From Lentisphaeria bacterium (lineage in GTDB: Bacteria; Verrucomicrobiota; Lentisphaeria; Victivallales; Victivallaceae): a DNA stretch of 64,000 nt. The notes beneath the pieces were generated by a model. The model was not told the DNA's origin. It saw only the letters and a program-made list of their open reading frames with translations, and did not search any database. Shown one piece after another: positions 28,095 to 38,492 of this stretch (position 1 is the stretch's first letter; the number at the start of each line of letters is the position of its first letter). The stretch covers positions 1,122-65,121 of the forward strand of contig JAFVZN010000070.1 of assembly GCA_017508135.1 (NCBI GenBank), read 5' to 3'. The translations under genes and the position numbers were made by a program.

Positions 28095-28126
28095 TCGTGA
28101 ACAGTGCGCTGTCCACGAATTTTTTT
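28095..28126. terminator. Bidirectional rho-independent terminator between cysK and the MATE gene
   Basis: Stem tcgtgaacag / ctgtccacga (9 of 10 pairs) with a 4-nt loop. It is followed by T7 on the plus strand and preceded by A7 (a T-run on the minus strand). Confidence 0.7.
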
Positions 28127-28143
28127 ATACCTGCATTGGTCGG

Positions 28144-29529
28144 CTATTTCATCTCCAGATCATCGAACTGGCGATCCTTTGCGCGCCTTAACATATTGCG
28201 GCAAATGACAAAGAGCATCGTTCCGTTGACCAGAGCAACAAGCAGCCATGATACCGGATAGGAGATCATCAGATTTTCCATTCTGCGATCCAGCGGGAAG
28301 ATGAAAAACACCCATGCCACGCGGAGTACACACGCTCCCATCAAAGTGACGATCGTCGGCCAGAACGAATATCCCAATCCCCGCAGTGAACCGGCGATCA
28401 CCTCTATTGCGGCAACGAGGAAATAGAAGGTCAACTGGTAATTCATCCGCAACACCCCCCATTCGATGACCTCCGGATCCGGGTTGTATATCCCCAGCAG
28501 TTGACGTTTGAAGATCAACTCCAATGCACTCAATACGATCGCAATGGAGCATCCGCATCCCAGACAGAGAAAAATACTGCGCATGATGCGTTTATATTTT
28601 TTCGCCCCGTGGTTCTGTCCGACAAAGCTGACCACCGCAAGACCGAAGGCCCCGAATGCCGTATGCACCACCCCTTCCAAACTCAGTGCCGCCGTACTTC
28701 CGGCGATCGCCTTATAACCGAAAAAGTTGATGGACGACTGGATAATGATGTTGGAAATGGAGTAAAACATCCCCTGCACACCGGCAGGCAATCCGATGCG
28801 GAACATCTCTTTGAATATTCCCCAATGGATGTGGAGCTTCTTGAAAAACAACCGGTACTGCTCCTGCGTGCAGACCAGTGCCCGCAGTACCAGCACCGCC
28901 GATACCAGATTGGAGATCTTGGTGGCAATGGCAACCCCGGCGGCATCCATTTTGAACACGATAACAAAGACGAGGTTCAATACCACGTTCACGATACCCG
29001 CGATCACCATGTAGATAAACGGCCGCCTGGTGTCTCCGATCGCCCGGAGGATGGCACTGCCGAAGCTGAACAACACCATGAACGGGGTTCCCAGACACCA
29101 TATCCAGTAGTAGAGCGTTGCTTTTCTCATAATATCTTCCGGTACCGCCATAAGCTGCAGCATCGGTTTGGTAACGATCAACCCCAGAACCATCATAATG
29201 ACGCCCCCGATACACGCTACCGAAATCGCCGTATGTACGGTACGGAACACATTTTTCTCATCTTTTGCCCCGATGTAACGGGCGACCAGCACATTGACAC
29301 CGGAGGCGATGCCCCAAAACAGATTGAGCATCAAATTGGGGAATCCCGGCGCAGCACCTACCGCCGCCATCGCCTTGGCGGAAGCGAAACGTCCGACGAC
29401 GATCAAGTCTGCGGCATGGAACATCAATGCCATGACGTTTGCCATCATCAACGGAATGGCAAATTGAATAATTTTTTTCAACAACGGTCCATGACACATA
29501 TCGATCTTATATTTGTTTGCGGTCGCCAT
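28144..29529 (-). CDS. MATE family efflux transporter
   Basis: 461 aa with 12 predicted TM helices. The N-terminus GPLLKKIIQFAIPLMMANVMALMF is typical of MATE/NorM. Confidence 0.9.
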   Translation of the reverse strand: MATANKYKIDMCHGPLLKKIIQFAIPLMMANVMALMFHAADLIVVGRFASAKAMAAVGAAPGFPNLMLNLFWGIASGVNVLVARYIGAKDEKNVFRTVHTAISVACIGGVIMMVLGLIVTKPMLQLMAVPEDIMRKATLYYWIWCLGTPFMVLFSFGSAILRAIGDTRRPFIYMVIAGIVNVVLNLVFVIVFKMDAAGVAIATKISNLVSAVLVLRALVCTQEQYRLFFKKLHIHWGIFKEMFRIGLPAGVQGMFYSISNIIIQSSINFFGYKAIAGSTAALSLEGVVHTAFGAFGLAVVSFVGQNHGAKKYKRIMRSIFLCLGCGCSIAIVLSALELIFKRQLLGIYNPDPEVIEWGVLRMNYQLTFYFLVAAIEVIAGSLRGLGYSFWPTIVTLMGACVLRVAWVFFIFPLDRRMENLMISYPVSWLLVALVNGTMLFVICRNMLRRAKDRQFDDLEMK

Positions 29530-29611
29530 ATTTTTCTCCCCGGCGTTTTATGGTTTTATCGAATATTTCACTTGAAAAACTGTATCTGTATCCGGCACTG
29601 CCGGAAAATGC

Positions 29612-30796
29612 TCACACCATAGAACACAAGCCTTTCAAATAAAAAGTTTCCGGGACCGGAAGCAGAACCGGATGATCCGGTGCCTGCGTAAATTTTCCGA
29701 TGATCTTCGCTTCCACACCGGCATCCAGTGCGGCGGCTGCGGTGATCTTCTGGAAGAGTTCCGTATCCATCAACCCCGAACAGGAGAAGTTGAACATCAC
29801 CCCTCCGGGATTGAGCAGTTTGAATCCGAGCCGCGCCAGATCCTGATAACCGCGACAGCCGCGCATCAATGCTTTTTGGGAATCAATGAGTTTCGGCGGG
29901 TCAAGGATGACCAGATCGAACTTCTCCCCGGCACCGGCAAGTTCCCGCAGTACGGTAAAACCGTCCCCCTGGCGGTTTTCAAAGTTGGAAGTAAATCCGT
30001 TGAGCGCAAGATTTTTCTCTGCCATCTTCAATGCCGGAGCAGATGAATCCACGTTGATGACACTTTCCGCACCGGCGGCAAGTGCCACACAGCCGAACGC
30101 TCCGGTGTAGGAGAACAAATTCAATATCCGCCGCCCGGAGGCGAAGCGGCGCAATGTCCGCCGCGCTTCGCGCAAATCAAAGTAAAATCCGGTCTTTTGT
30201 CCGTGCTGAAGATCGACATTATATTTGACACCATCTTCGGTGATAACAAGATTTTCCGGCACCGGCGCACCGCACAAATGACCGCATCGCGCAGGCAATC
30301 CCTCTTTTTTGCGTATTGATGCATCGGAACGGTCAAAGACGGTGTCGATACCGTCAACTTCAAGCAGAAGTTTTCCGATCAGATCACGGTATTTTTCCGC
30401 ACCGGCACTGAGAAACTGCACGGCGGCACAGTTGGCGTAACGGTCAACGATGATACCCGGCAGCCGGTCGGATTCCGAATAGATAAGGCGGCAGCCGCCG
30501 TCAGGAGCATCAAGTTTGAGCGCACGGCGCAACTGTACGGCATCGGCAATACGTCTGCGGAAGAAGTTTTCATCTATCTTTTCATCCGGGTCGAAGCTCC
30601 ACACCCTGCCGCACAACTGCGACTGCGGCGACCATGCTGCATTCGCCAGATGTGCTTCTCCGGCAAAAACTTTAACGGTATCTCCGGGAGATGGGTCTCC
30701 GGTCACTTTCAGCACCGCACCGGAATATATCCACGGGTGACGGCGGAGCAGGGATTTTTCCCGCCCGGGTTTGAGATATAAACAAGGGGAACTCAT
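29612..30796 (-). CDS. rlmI: Class I SAM-dependent 23S rRNA m5C methyltransferase, RlmI-like
   Basis: 394 aa with an N-terminal PUA-like segment (LRRHPWIYSGAV) and a SAM-MTase core (NLFSYTGAFG, DPP). Confidence 0.85.
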   Translation of the reverse strand: MSSPCLYLKPGREKSLLRRHPWIYSGAVLKVTGDPSPGDTVKVFAGEAHLANAAWSPQSQLCGRVWSFDPDEKIDENFFRRRIADAVQLRRALKLDAPDGGCRLIYSESDRLPGIIVDRYANCAAVQFLSAGAEKYRDLIGKLLLEVDGIDTVFDRSDASIRKKEGLPARCGHLCGAPVPENLVITEDGVKYNVDLQHGQKTGFYFDLREARRTLRRFASGRRILNLFSYTGAFGCVALAAGAESVINVDSSAPALKMAEKNLALNGFTSNFENRQGDGFTVLRELAGAGEKFDLVILDPPKLIDSQKALMRGCRGYQDLARLGFKLLNPGGVMFNFSCSGLMDTELFQKITAAAALDAGVEAKIIGKFTQAPDHPVLLPVPETFYLKGLCSMV

Positions 30797-31242
30797 TTTT
30801 TCAACCCTTTGATCTCGGAAATAAAATCGGATGCCGCCTGAAACTGCCGGTAGACCGATGCAAAGCGCACAAATGCCACCTGGTCAAGTTCACGCAACTC
30901 CTCCATCACCCGTTTGCCGATCTCCAGACTGTCGACCTCTTTTTCAAAATCCCGCAGCAATCCGGCGGTGATCTTGCCGACGATAAGGTCGATATCATCA
31001 CCGGAAATATCCCGCTTGTAGCAGGCGTTGACGATACCGGCGCGAAGCTTGTCCCGGTTGAAATCCTCCCGGCTGTGATCCCGTTTGACCACTTTCAACT
31101 CTTCGGGGATGACACTTTCAAAGGTGGAAAAACGACGTCCGCACGCCAGACATTCCCGGCGGCGGCGCACCCCGAGGCCGTTGCGGACACTGCGGGAATC
31201 GATCACTTTATCATTGTCATTGTCACATTGGGGGCAACGCAT
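30793..31242 (-). CDS. nrdR: Transcriptional repressor NrdR
   Basis: 149 aa with the Zn ribbon MRCPQC...CLACGRRFSTFE plus an ATP-cone. Confidence 0.95.
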   Translation of the reverse strand: MRCPQCDNDNDKVIDSRSVRNGLGVRRRRECLACGRRFSTFESVIPEELKVVKRDHSREDFNRDKLRAGIVNACYKRDISGDDIDLIVGKITAGLLRDFEKEVDSLEIGKRVMEELRELDQVAFVRFASVYRQFQAASDFISEIKGLKK

Positions 31243-32292
31243 TTATCTCTCCTGACGTAAAAATTCGATGATTGCAAGCGGGGAGACGACCACTCCGCCG
31301 AATGACGGATATTTGCGGAAATGCTTCCCGGCATAATCCAGCGCACGGCAGAAATCGTTCCAGTCCCGGCGGCGCAGTTTACCACGCTCTTCCGAAACAT
31401 GACCGGCAAGCGGAATGACCAGAAGCAAAGGAACATTGCCGCCGGCTTTCAACTCATCTTCCACTTTTTTCACCAGCTGTGTCGGCACGTTTCCGCTGTT
31501 GATGATCATGACTTTGCCCAGCTTCTGAAAATCGGCAATACTACCGATACTGAGTTTGCCTTCAACAGCGTTCTGATGATAAAAGTCGTGTATCGCCAGC
31601 TTCAGCGGCGGCAACGATGGAAGTCGGGAGATCTTCTTCAACTGCTCATAGGTGTCGCGCATAAGCATATCATTATCCTGCCCGATACCGTAACGCTCTT
31701 CGCTCCAGGCATAAAGTTTGCCGTGGGAACGTTCCACGTTGGCATTGGTATAGCAGTGCGGTTCGACCACGACAGTCAATCCGGCAAGTTTTTTCACATC
31801 CTCCGGCAGATCACTGTTGAAGTCGATGACCTTGCGGACAACATCGCTCAGTCCGGGATAAGCCGGCAGCAGCGGCCGCAGCAGACGGTTGCTGTGATTC
31901 ACCCGGTAGTAGTCCCGCTGAAAGATAACTGTTTCCGCAGGAATACCTCTCTTCCCCAGAGCCCGGAGCAGTTCAATGAATGAATCGTTCAACGCGCGCT
32001 CAGTGGTAATACAGCAATATGCCCGGTTGAAACCGAGTTCAGCGATGCGTTCAGCAACACTGTCGGCACTGAAACGGTTTTCAAACGCCTCCGGATAGAT
32101 ACCGACACCGCGCTCCGGAAACGCTCCGGTGATGGCGCGGAACTGTTTTATCCGGGCGGCGGTGACATGATTTTCGGCAAGGTTTGCCGGGGTCGCACCC
32201 GGAGTTATATGGCGCGCAGGCGTGGAACACCCTCCACAAAGCACAACACCTGCAATAACAGCAAGTGCGGCAGTCAGCGTTCTCATTTTCAC
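31243..32292 (-). CDS. Hypothetical lipoprotein
   Basis: 349 aa. Lipobox GVVLCGGCSTP. Its stop directly abuts the nrdR start, and its start overlaps the upstream MBL gene stop by 4 nt. Confidence 0.7.
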   Translation of the reverse strand: MKMRTLTAALAVIAGVVLCGGCSTPARHITPGATPANLAENHVTAARIKQFRAITGAFPERGVGIYPEAFENRFSADSVAERIAELGFNRAYCCITTERALNDSFIELLRALGKRGIPAETVIFQRDYYRVNHSNRLLRPLLPAYPGLSDVVRKVIDFNSDLPEDVKKLAGLTVVVEPHCYTNANVERSHGKLYAWSEERYGIGQDNDMLMRDTYEQLKKISRLPSLPPLKLAIHDFYHQNAVEGKLSIGSIADFQKLGKVMIINSGNVPTQLVKKVEDELKAGGNVPLLLVIPLAGHVSEERGKLRRRDWNDFCRALDYAGKHFRKYPSFGGVVVSPLAIIEFLRQER

Positions 32293-33164
32293 AGATATAC
32301 CTCCAGACCGTCAAACGCAACACCGATACCTTCCGGATTGAAACGTTCCTCCAGCTGCGCGTGGGTCATGTGACCGTTATGGGAGAAGTGGTTGACAAAA
32401 TACTGAGTCGAAGCATCGACCAGCCCCAGAGATTCCAGCCGGGTTTTGGTATCGACGACATATTTTCCGCTCATGTGGTTGCTGAACCGGTCATAACCGC
32501 AACCGCAGCAATCGTTGAACACGGCAGAAAGTTTGATATTCATTTTTGCCAGATATTCCCAGTTTTCATCACAGAAAACGCCGGTATCGTTGGCGATCAT
32601 GAAATATTTATCCTCCCAGCGGATGACGTAGATCATCGGTTCTTCCGTCTTTATGGAGACCATGTGGTTGGCTTTCAGCGGATAAATGGTCATATCGACA
32701 TCGGGAAGTTCGACTGCTTCAAAGGGGTACAGTTCATGCACCTGCATTTGCAGACAGGAGAAGTCGCCATGAAATCCTATCGTTTTGCCGCCATTCCAGG
32801 CAAACTGATTGATCTTCCGCACCACACCGGCACCGCCGTAAATGTGCAGCGTATTATCCGGTGCGACTTTGGAAAAACTCGCCCGCCGGTAGTTGAACAG
32901 CGTGGTATCGAAGTGATCTTCATGGCTGTGCGTAACGATGACATGCCGGAGTTTTTCGCTGTGCAGATGGTATTTCTGCTCCTGCGCCATCGCATCCGGT
33001 CCGAAGTCGATACGCACAAAATCCCCCAGTTGATAACTGGTGCGCAAACGGAAATCTTTCCCGCCATTCTTCCACGCACTGCGACAGGTGTCGCAATCAC
33101 AGAATATTGCCGGGATACACTCTGCCGCCGCACTGCCGAGAACAACTACTTTCTTATATTTCAT
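32289..33164 (-). CDS. MBL-fold metallo-hydrolase
   Basis: 291 aa with the motif VIVTHSHEDHFD (HxHxDH). Confidence 0.8.
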   Translation of the reverse strand: MKYKKVVVLGSAAAECIPAIFCDCDTCRSAWKNGGKDFRLRTSYQLGDFVRIDFGPDAMAQEQKYHLHSEKLRHVIVTHSHEDHFDTTLFNYRRASFSKVAPDNTLHIYGGAGVVRKINQFAWNGGKTIGFHGDFSCLQMQVHELYPFEAVELPDVDMTIYPLKANHMVSIKTEEPMIYVIRWEDKYFMIANDTGVFCDENWEYLAKMNIKLSAVFNDCCGCGYDRFSNHMSGKYVVDTKTRLESLGLVDASTQYFVNHFSHNGHMTHAQLEERFNPEGIGVAFDGLEVYL

Positions 33165-33184
33165 TGCTCAAAATCTCCCGTAAC

Positions 33185-34462
33185 TCACGCGCGCAGAGCC
33201 TGATCCAGATCAGCTTTGATATCTTCGACATTCTCGATACCGACCGACAAGCGGATCAAATCAGGGCTGACACCGGCGGCGACCAATTCGCTGTCGCTGA
33301 GCTGGCGGTGAGTCATGCTCGCCGGATGGAGAACACCGGTACGGACATCGGCGACATGAACGACGATATTGGCAAGTTTAAGCGCGTTCATCGCCCGTTC
33401 ACCAGCCGCTTTGCCGCCTTTGACACCGAAGCACAAGACACCGGAAGCCATGCCGTTGCGGAAATATTTCTGCACTTTTTCATATTCGGCATTTCCCGGC
33501 AGTCCCGGATAGTTGACCCAACTGACGTTGGGATGGTTCTGCAAAAATTTGGCAACTTCCAGTGCGTTTTCGCTGTGGCGTTCAATACGCAGCGGCAGCG
33601 TTTCGCAGCCGAGATGGGACAGAAATGCGTTGAACGGTGCCATGGGGATGCCATAGTCACGCACCAGCTGCACCCGCAGTTTCACTGAGAACGGAGCTTC
33701 GGCAAAGTCACGGGTGTAGACCACGCCGTGATAACTTTCATCCGGTTCGGTGAATTCCGGGAACTTGCCGCATCCCCAGTCAAAACCGCCTTTTTCCACC
33801 ACGATACCACCGACACTGGTGGCATGACCGTCGATATATTTGGTCGTGGAATGGGTAACGATGTCAGCACCGAAATCGAAGGGGTTGCACAACACCGGGG
33901 TCGGGAAGGTGTTATCCACTATCAGCGGCAGACCGAACGAATGTGCCGCTTTGGCATAAAGTTCAAAATCCGCCACGACCAGCGCCGGGTTGGCAAGAGA
34001 TTCGATAAACACCGCCTTGGTATTGGGACGGATGGCGGCGACGACTTCATCGTATGTTGCATCCGGGGTGACAAAGGTGATCTCGATACCGGATTTTTTC
34101 AGAGTGTTGGTAAAGAGCGACACCGTGCCGCCGTACAAGCTGGAAAGTGCCAGCACATGATCGCCGCACCGGGCGATGTTGAGCAGCGTATAAGCATTGG
34201 CGGCCTGTCCGCTGCTGAGAGCGACTGCGGCGACACCTTTTTCCATGGCGGCGATCTTCTTTTCAAAGCAATCCACAGTGGGGTTGGCGAGGCGGGAGTA
34301 GAAAAATCCCGCTTTTTTCAAGTCAAAGAGGTCGGCGACACTCTGCACATCATTGTATTTGAACGTTGTACTCTGAACCAGCGGCAAAATCCGCGCTTCA
34401 CCATCCTGCGGTTCATATCCGGCCTGAACTGCCAGTGTTTCGATTTTCCAGTTTTTATCCAT
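33185..34462 (-). CDS. metY: O-acetylhomoserine aminocarboxypropyltransferase / sulfhydrylase
   Basis: 425 aa with TLAVQAGYEP...YSRLANPT and the PLP-lysine region HSTTKYIDGH. Confidence 0.9.
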   Translation of the reverse strand: MDKNWKIETLAVQAGYEPQDGEARILPLVQSTTFKYNDVQSVADLFDLKKAGFFYSRLANPTVDCFEKKIAAMEKGVAAVALSSGQAANAYTLLNIARCGDHVLALSSLYGGTVSLFTNTLKKSGIEITFVTPDATYDEVVAAIRPNTKAVFIESLANPALVVADFELYAKAAHSFGLPLIVDNTFPTPVLCNPFDFGADIVTHSTTKYIDGHATSVGGIVVEKGGFDWGCGKFPEFTEPDESYHGVVYTRDFAEAPFSVKLRVQLVRDYGIPMAPFNAFLSHLGCETLPLRIERHSENALEVAKFLQNHPNVSWVNYPGLPGNAEYEKVQKYFRNGMASGVLCFGVKGGKAAGERAMNALKLANIVVHVADVRTGVLHPASMTHRQLSDSELVAAGVSPDLIRLSVGIENVEDIKADLDQALRA

Positions 34463-34488
34463 GTTCTGTTCCTCCTGTATATGATGTG

Positions 34489-35739
34489 TTATTTGATATT
34501 TATGATTGGAAGATTGTATTTGCTGTCGGCGACACTGGCTTCGAGCTGATCGAAGGTGCGGTCGAAAACGGAAAATTCCGCCGTTTCAGCATCGCCTTTG
34601 CCGTTGACCATCTGCAAAAAGTTCAGTACAGTGAAATTTTCCGGCGGCACGCCCGGCAGATAAGCGGGCTGCTGTTTTTCATTTATGGTGCGGCGGATGA
34701 TCTTCTTTTCCAGCAATTCGGCGATTTCAAGTTTCATCATCGTCTCCGGCAGTTTCAGCATCTGCATCAGTTCGAGTTCCGACAGCTCACCTTTGCCTTC
34801 GGAGAAGTGGCAGAATATCTGCCGGATGACCGCCAGCTGATGTTCGCGGCACACCCGCAGACTGCGCTCTTTTTCCTTGCCGTTCTCAAAAACACCGTTG
34901 TCGATGTTCTGGCTGACAAAACTTATCTCTGCGCCGAACAGCACGATCTGCCACGACCAGTTCATCCACACCAGAAATAACGGCAGCGCGGCAAACCCGC
35001 CATAGATGCGGTTGTAGGAAAAGACCTTTTTCTGCAAAAACAGGAAGCTGTTCTGCAATACCACAAACGCGATACCCGCCACCAGCGCGGCGAAAAACGC
35101 ACTCTTCAAATACACCCGCGTATTGGGAGCGCACCGGTAGACCGCCGTAAAGAGCAGACAGATGAAAAGCACCGTGACGATCTCCGCCAGCGTGTCGGCA
35201 ATGGCAAGCCGGTTCAACAGTTCATACCGGTCGGCAAGCCGATGCAATCCTCTGCGCATCATGACACCGGCGGCACCGGTGATTATCATTAAAAACGGCG
35301 TGAACAGCGTCAGCGAAAGACAGTTGGTAAGTTTCCGCCACCAGCTGCGGCCGCTGGGCAGATCCCAAACAGCGTTGAACGCGCGTTCAATGTTGGTTAT
35401 CAGCCAGATGACGGTCCACAATAATGCGATGACACCGATACCGGCAATAATGCCGCCGGATGCTTCGGAAAGGGTGCGTTCGGCAAGCTCGTAGATATAC
35501 TTCAACACCTCCTTGTTGTGCTGTGCCCGGGAATTTATCGCATCCTGGAGACTCTGTTCCAGAGCAAAGCCCTTGGCAATACCGAACAACAGTGCCGCCA
35601 CCGGCACAATGGAAAACATGGTGTAATATGTCAACAGCACGGCACGTTGCGCGTGCTGTGCGGAAATATACCGCCGACCGGAGATTATAAAGATGTCAGC
35701 GACAGTTTTTATACTTTTTTTGAAGTCCGGCATAGTCAC
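34489..35739 (-). CDS. YihY/BrkB family membrane protein with C-terminal soluble extension
   Basis: 416 aa. The first ~290 aa are polytopic and YihY-like (YYTMFSIVPVAALLFGIAKGF). They are followed by a ~125-aa hydrophilic domain. Confidence 0.8.
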   Translation of the reverse strand: MTMPDFKKSIKTVADIFIISGRRYISAQHAQRAVLLTYYTMFSIVPVAALLFGIAKGFALEQSLQDAINSRAQHNKEVLKYIYELAERTLSEASGGIIAGIGVIALLWTVIWLITNIERAFNAVWDLPSGRSWWRKLTNCLSLTLFTPFLMIITGAAGVMMRRGLHRLADRYELLNRLAIADTLAEIVTVLFICLLFTAVYRCAPNTRVYLKSAFFAALVAGIAFVVLQNSFLFLQKKVFSYNRIYGGFAALPLFLVWMNWSWQIVLFGAEISFVSQNIDNGVFENGKEKERSLRVCREHQLAVIRQIFCHFSEGKGELSELELMQMLKLPETMMKLEIAELLEKKIIRRTINEKQQPAYLPGVPPENFTVLNFLQMVNGKGDAETAEFSVFDRTFDQLEASVADSKYNLPIINIK

Positions 35740-35751
35740 TCCTTTCGGAAC

Positions 35752-36417
35752 TTACTTTTTCCCGAGCAGATAGTCGATCAATATGAAATTATCGGCAATA
35801 AAATCGGCATTGGAGAAAGATTCCTCCCGGTGTCCGGGCAGGAAGATAACTTCCGTGCCGCCGCAGGGCGTGATACACTCCACACACTGCGGATAGATGC
35901 CTTCATCGGTATGGGTCTCCATCAGCACGGTCATCGGAAGCATCTGTTCGCACTTGATATAAATTTCATCATTTTCCAGAGTGAAATCTTTCAGCTTGCC
36001 ACTGAGGACATGGCGGCTCTTGGCGACCGTGGTGGTAAATGTCCGAACCGGATGGATGGAGCGTTCCACGTTATCCGGGTCGTTGGGGCGCACCCAGCGG
36101 AAACCGCAGATATCCCGCCACCATTGCCACTGCCAGAAGGCGGCGGACGAACCGTGAAGCATCAGAATATTGCCGCCGCGTTCGACATAACGTTTTACCG
36201 CCGCTTCCGCGCCGGCACCGGCGTGAGGCTGACCGCAGGTCGTGGCGATCATATTCAAAATAAGCAGTTCGCAATCGCGTTCCCATTCGCCGCTTTCAAG
36301 GATATCCCATTGATTTTCGGTAAAGACGGTACGCGCAGCCAATTCTGCGGGAAATTGTTCATAGAGTTTCAGCCCGCAATGTTTGTCAAAGTGAGAATCT
36401 GCGAAAAAACAAATCAT
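35752..36417 (-). CDS. ThuA-like domain protein (tentative)
   Basis: 221 aa. The pattern GGNILMLHGSSAAFWQW...IFLPGHREESF resembles ThuA/class-I glutamine-amidotransferase-like proteins. The assignment is from memory only. Confidence 0.55.
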   Translation of the reverse strand: MICFFADSHFDKHCGLKLYEQFPAELAARTVFTENQWDILESGEWERDCELLILNMIATTCGQPHAGAGAEAAVKRYVERGGNILMLHGSSAAFWQWQWWRDICGFRWVRPNDPDNVERSIHPVRTFTTTVAKSRHVLSGKLKDFTLENDEIYIKCEQMLPMTVLMETHTDEGIYPQCVECITPCGGTEVIFLPGHREESFSNADFIADNFILIDYLLGKK

Positions 36418-37136
36418 TTATTTTTCCTCCGGGAAGATTTTTCGTCCTGTTCAAATTTTTTATTGTGCTGAGAGTTGATATTGTTTATCCGCTGGCGGTG
36501 GCGGGAGACATTGTAGGGATTGTTTCTGCCGCCGCCGCCGTAAGATCCGCTTGACGGAGCGTAATCAATGACTCCTCCGGAACGGCTGTCATACTCAACG
36601 TTACCATGCTGTTCGTTATCATCATCGACTTTCTTCTTCTTTTTTCCGGGAACAAACATCGTCTTCAACAACTCATAACTGATGCCGTTGGTGCGGATGG
36701 AAGCCAGCGAAGTCCGTACCGTCCCGGCGTGTTTGGGTTCAACCATTATCAAATAAAACAAATACGCCGCCGCCGCCAGAGAGGTCAGCAGTATCAGCAG
36801 CACCGGAGCGATCACCAGGTAGAACCAGCATTTGAAAACGTGACTGCGGTAGGCTTTTTCCGATTCCGTTTTTCCGGAGACCTTCCGGTGGGGAACAGTC
36901 TTGCTGGACATATCGACCTTCTCCGCCGGTTTTCCATCCGGAGCGGGTGCAGGTGCTGCCGGAACATCCGGCTTGGAGACCGCCGGAGTTTTGATTTTCA
37001 CCTCCACCATGTCCGGGGCCGGAGCGGCGGCAGATACGGGAACGGGTTCTTTTTTTTCCGGCTCACGCTTTTTGTCCAAAGGAGAAAATTTGAGTTTCAG
37101 CTCAAGTTTTCCATCATCTTTTTTCTCTTCCGCCAT
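36414..37136 (-). CDS. Hypothetical single-pass membrane protein, low complexity
   Basis: 240 aa with a Lys/Glu- and Pro/Ala-rich N-terminus, one TM helix (CWFYLVIAPVLLILLTSLAAAAYLFYLIMV) and a Gly/Asn/Lys-rich C-terminus. Its stop overlaps the ThuA-like gene's start by 4 nt. Confidence 0.6.
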   Translation of the reverse strand: MAEEKKDDGKLELKLKFSPLDKKREPEKKEPVPVSAAAPAPDMVEVKIKTPAVSKPDVPAAPAPAPDGKPAEKVDMSSKTVPHRKVSGKTESEKAYRSHVFKCWFYLVIAPVLLILLTSLAAAAYLFYLIMVEPKHAGTVRTSLASIRTNGISYELLKTMFVPGKKKKKVDDDNEQHGNVEYDSRSGGVIDYAPSSGSYGGGGRNNPYNVSRHRQRINNINSQHNKKFEQDEKSSRRKNK

Positions 37137-37153
37137 GCTGCACCTCCATTTTT

Positions 37154-37840
37154 TTACTGAAAGGTTACTCCGTCACTGTAACGGGTCGGATCCTCAACTC
37201 CGGCATCGACAAAACCCCGGTGCCGGAGAAAACAACTGTCGCACTTGCCGCAGGAGTTACCATCCTTATCCGGATTGTAACAACTGGTGGTCAAGCTGTA
37301 ATCCACGCCCAGAGTGATACCGAGACGGATGATATCCGCTTTGGACAAAGCCTGCAGCGGGGTGTGGATGTTCCACTTCCAGTTTTCATCCACGGCGCAG
37401 GTTCCCAGACGTGCAGTTTCAGCGAAGCTCTCGATGAACGGTTTGCGGCAATCCGGGTATCCGGAATAGTCCACGCTGTTCACGCCGATGTAGATATCGT
37501 GCGCGCCCAGAACCTCTCCCCACGCGGTCGCCAGCGCAAGAAAAACCATGTTCCGCGCCGGAACATAAGTTATGGGAATACCGGTGTCACTGTGGTCGGG
37601 AACCGCAATGGCATCATCGGTCAAAGCGGAACCGCCCCACTGGGCAAGATCAAGTTTAAAAACGCGGAACTCTTTTGCTCCGAGATGTTTTGCAATTTTT
37701 TCCGAAGCTGATATCTCACAGCGGTGCCGCTGTCCGTAATCGAAACTCAAGGCGTAACAATCAAAACCGTCTTTGCGCGCCTGAGCAAGACAGGTTGCGG
37801 AATCCAGACCGCCGCTTAAAAGTACGATGGCACGTTTCAC
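37154..37840 (-). CDS. queC: 7-cyano-7-deazaguanine synthase
   Basis: 228 aa with the PP-loop VLLSGGLDS and a C-terminal Zn Cys cluster (CGKCDSC). Confidence 0.95.
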   Translation of the reverse strand: MKRAIVLLSGGLDSATCLAQARKDGFDCYALSFDYGQRHRCEISASEKIAKHLGAKEFRVFKLDLAQWGGSALTDDAIAVPDHSDTGIPITYVPARNMVFLALATAWGEVLGAHDIYIGVNSVDYSGYPDCRKPFIESFAETARLGTCAVDENWKWNIHTPLQALSKADIIRLGITLGVDYSLTTSCYNPDKDGNSCGKCDSCFLRHRGFVDAGVEDPTRYSDGVTFQ

Positions 37841-37843
37841 AGT

Positions 37844-38482
37844 TCAAACTCCTTTTCTGTCACCCCAGATCACCTTGTGCATCTGGATCTGCATACGCAC
37901 CGGATGGGGAGACGAGATGACCCATTGGGCAAGAGTTTCCGGTTTCACGCGGTCCCAGACCGGAGAAAAGAGCAAATGCGGGGTTTTATCAGCGAGGTGA
38001 TATTTTTCAATAACAGTTTCAGCAAACTCAAAATCGTTCCGGTCGGAAACGACAAACTTAACTTCATCGCGGGAAGTAAGGCAGGAATATGCCGCATAAC
38101 AGTTGTGTTCCGCCATGCCGGATGCCGGAAGTTTGCAATCCACTATCCGGCAGCACCCCTCCGGCAGAATGGAGAAATCCACTGAACCGTTGGTCTCGAT
38201 AAGGACAGTTTTTCCAGCCTCCAGCAGTTTTTGAGCAAGAAGCGGTGTCTCCTTTTGAAGGAGCGGTTCGCCGCCGGTGATCTCGACAACTGCAACTCCG
38301 GAAGATACGGCAAGAGAAACAAGCTCTTCAACAGAAAACTCTTTTCCCCCCTCCCAGGCGTATGCCGTATCGCAGTATGTACAGCGCAGATTGCACCCGG
38401 CAAGCCGGATAAAAAAACAGACTTTCCCGGCGTGAGTGGATTCACCCTGCACACTTGTGAAAGTCTCAATGATTTGAAGCAT
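37844..38482 (-). CDS. queE: 7-carboxy-7-deazaguanine synthase (radical SAM)
   Basis: 212 aa with SVQGEST...RLAGCNLRCTYCDT (CX3CX2C). Confidence 0.9.
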   Translation of the reverse strand: MLQIIETFTSVQGESTHAGKVCFFIRLAGCNLRCTYCDTAYAWEGGKEFSVEELVSLAVSSGVAVVEITGGEPLLQKETPLLAQKLLEAGKTVLIETNGSVDFSILPEGCCRIVDCKLPASGMAEHNCYAAYSCLTSRDEVKFVVSDRNDFEFAETVIEKYHLADKTPHLLFSPVWDRVKPETLAQWVISSPHPVRMQIQMHKVIWGDRKGV

Positions 38483-38492
38483 AACGCAAATA

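Noticed and set aside
36900-37060. Possible tandem DNA repeat in the Pro/Ala-rich part of the 240-aa membrane protein gene
   Set aside because: The repetitiveness is at the amino-acid composition level (PAPAP, AAPAP). I found no exact nucleotide repeat unit.
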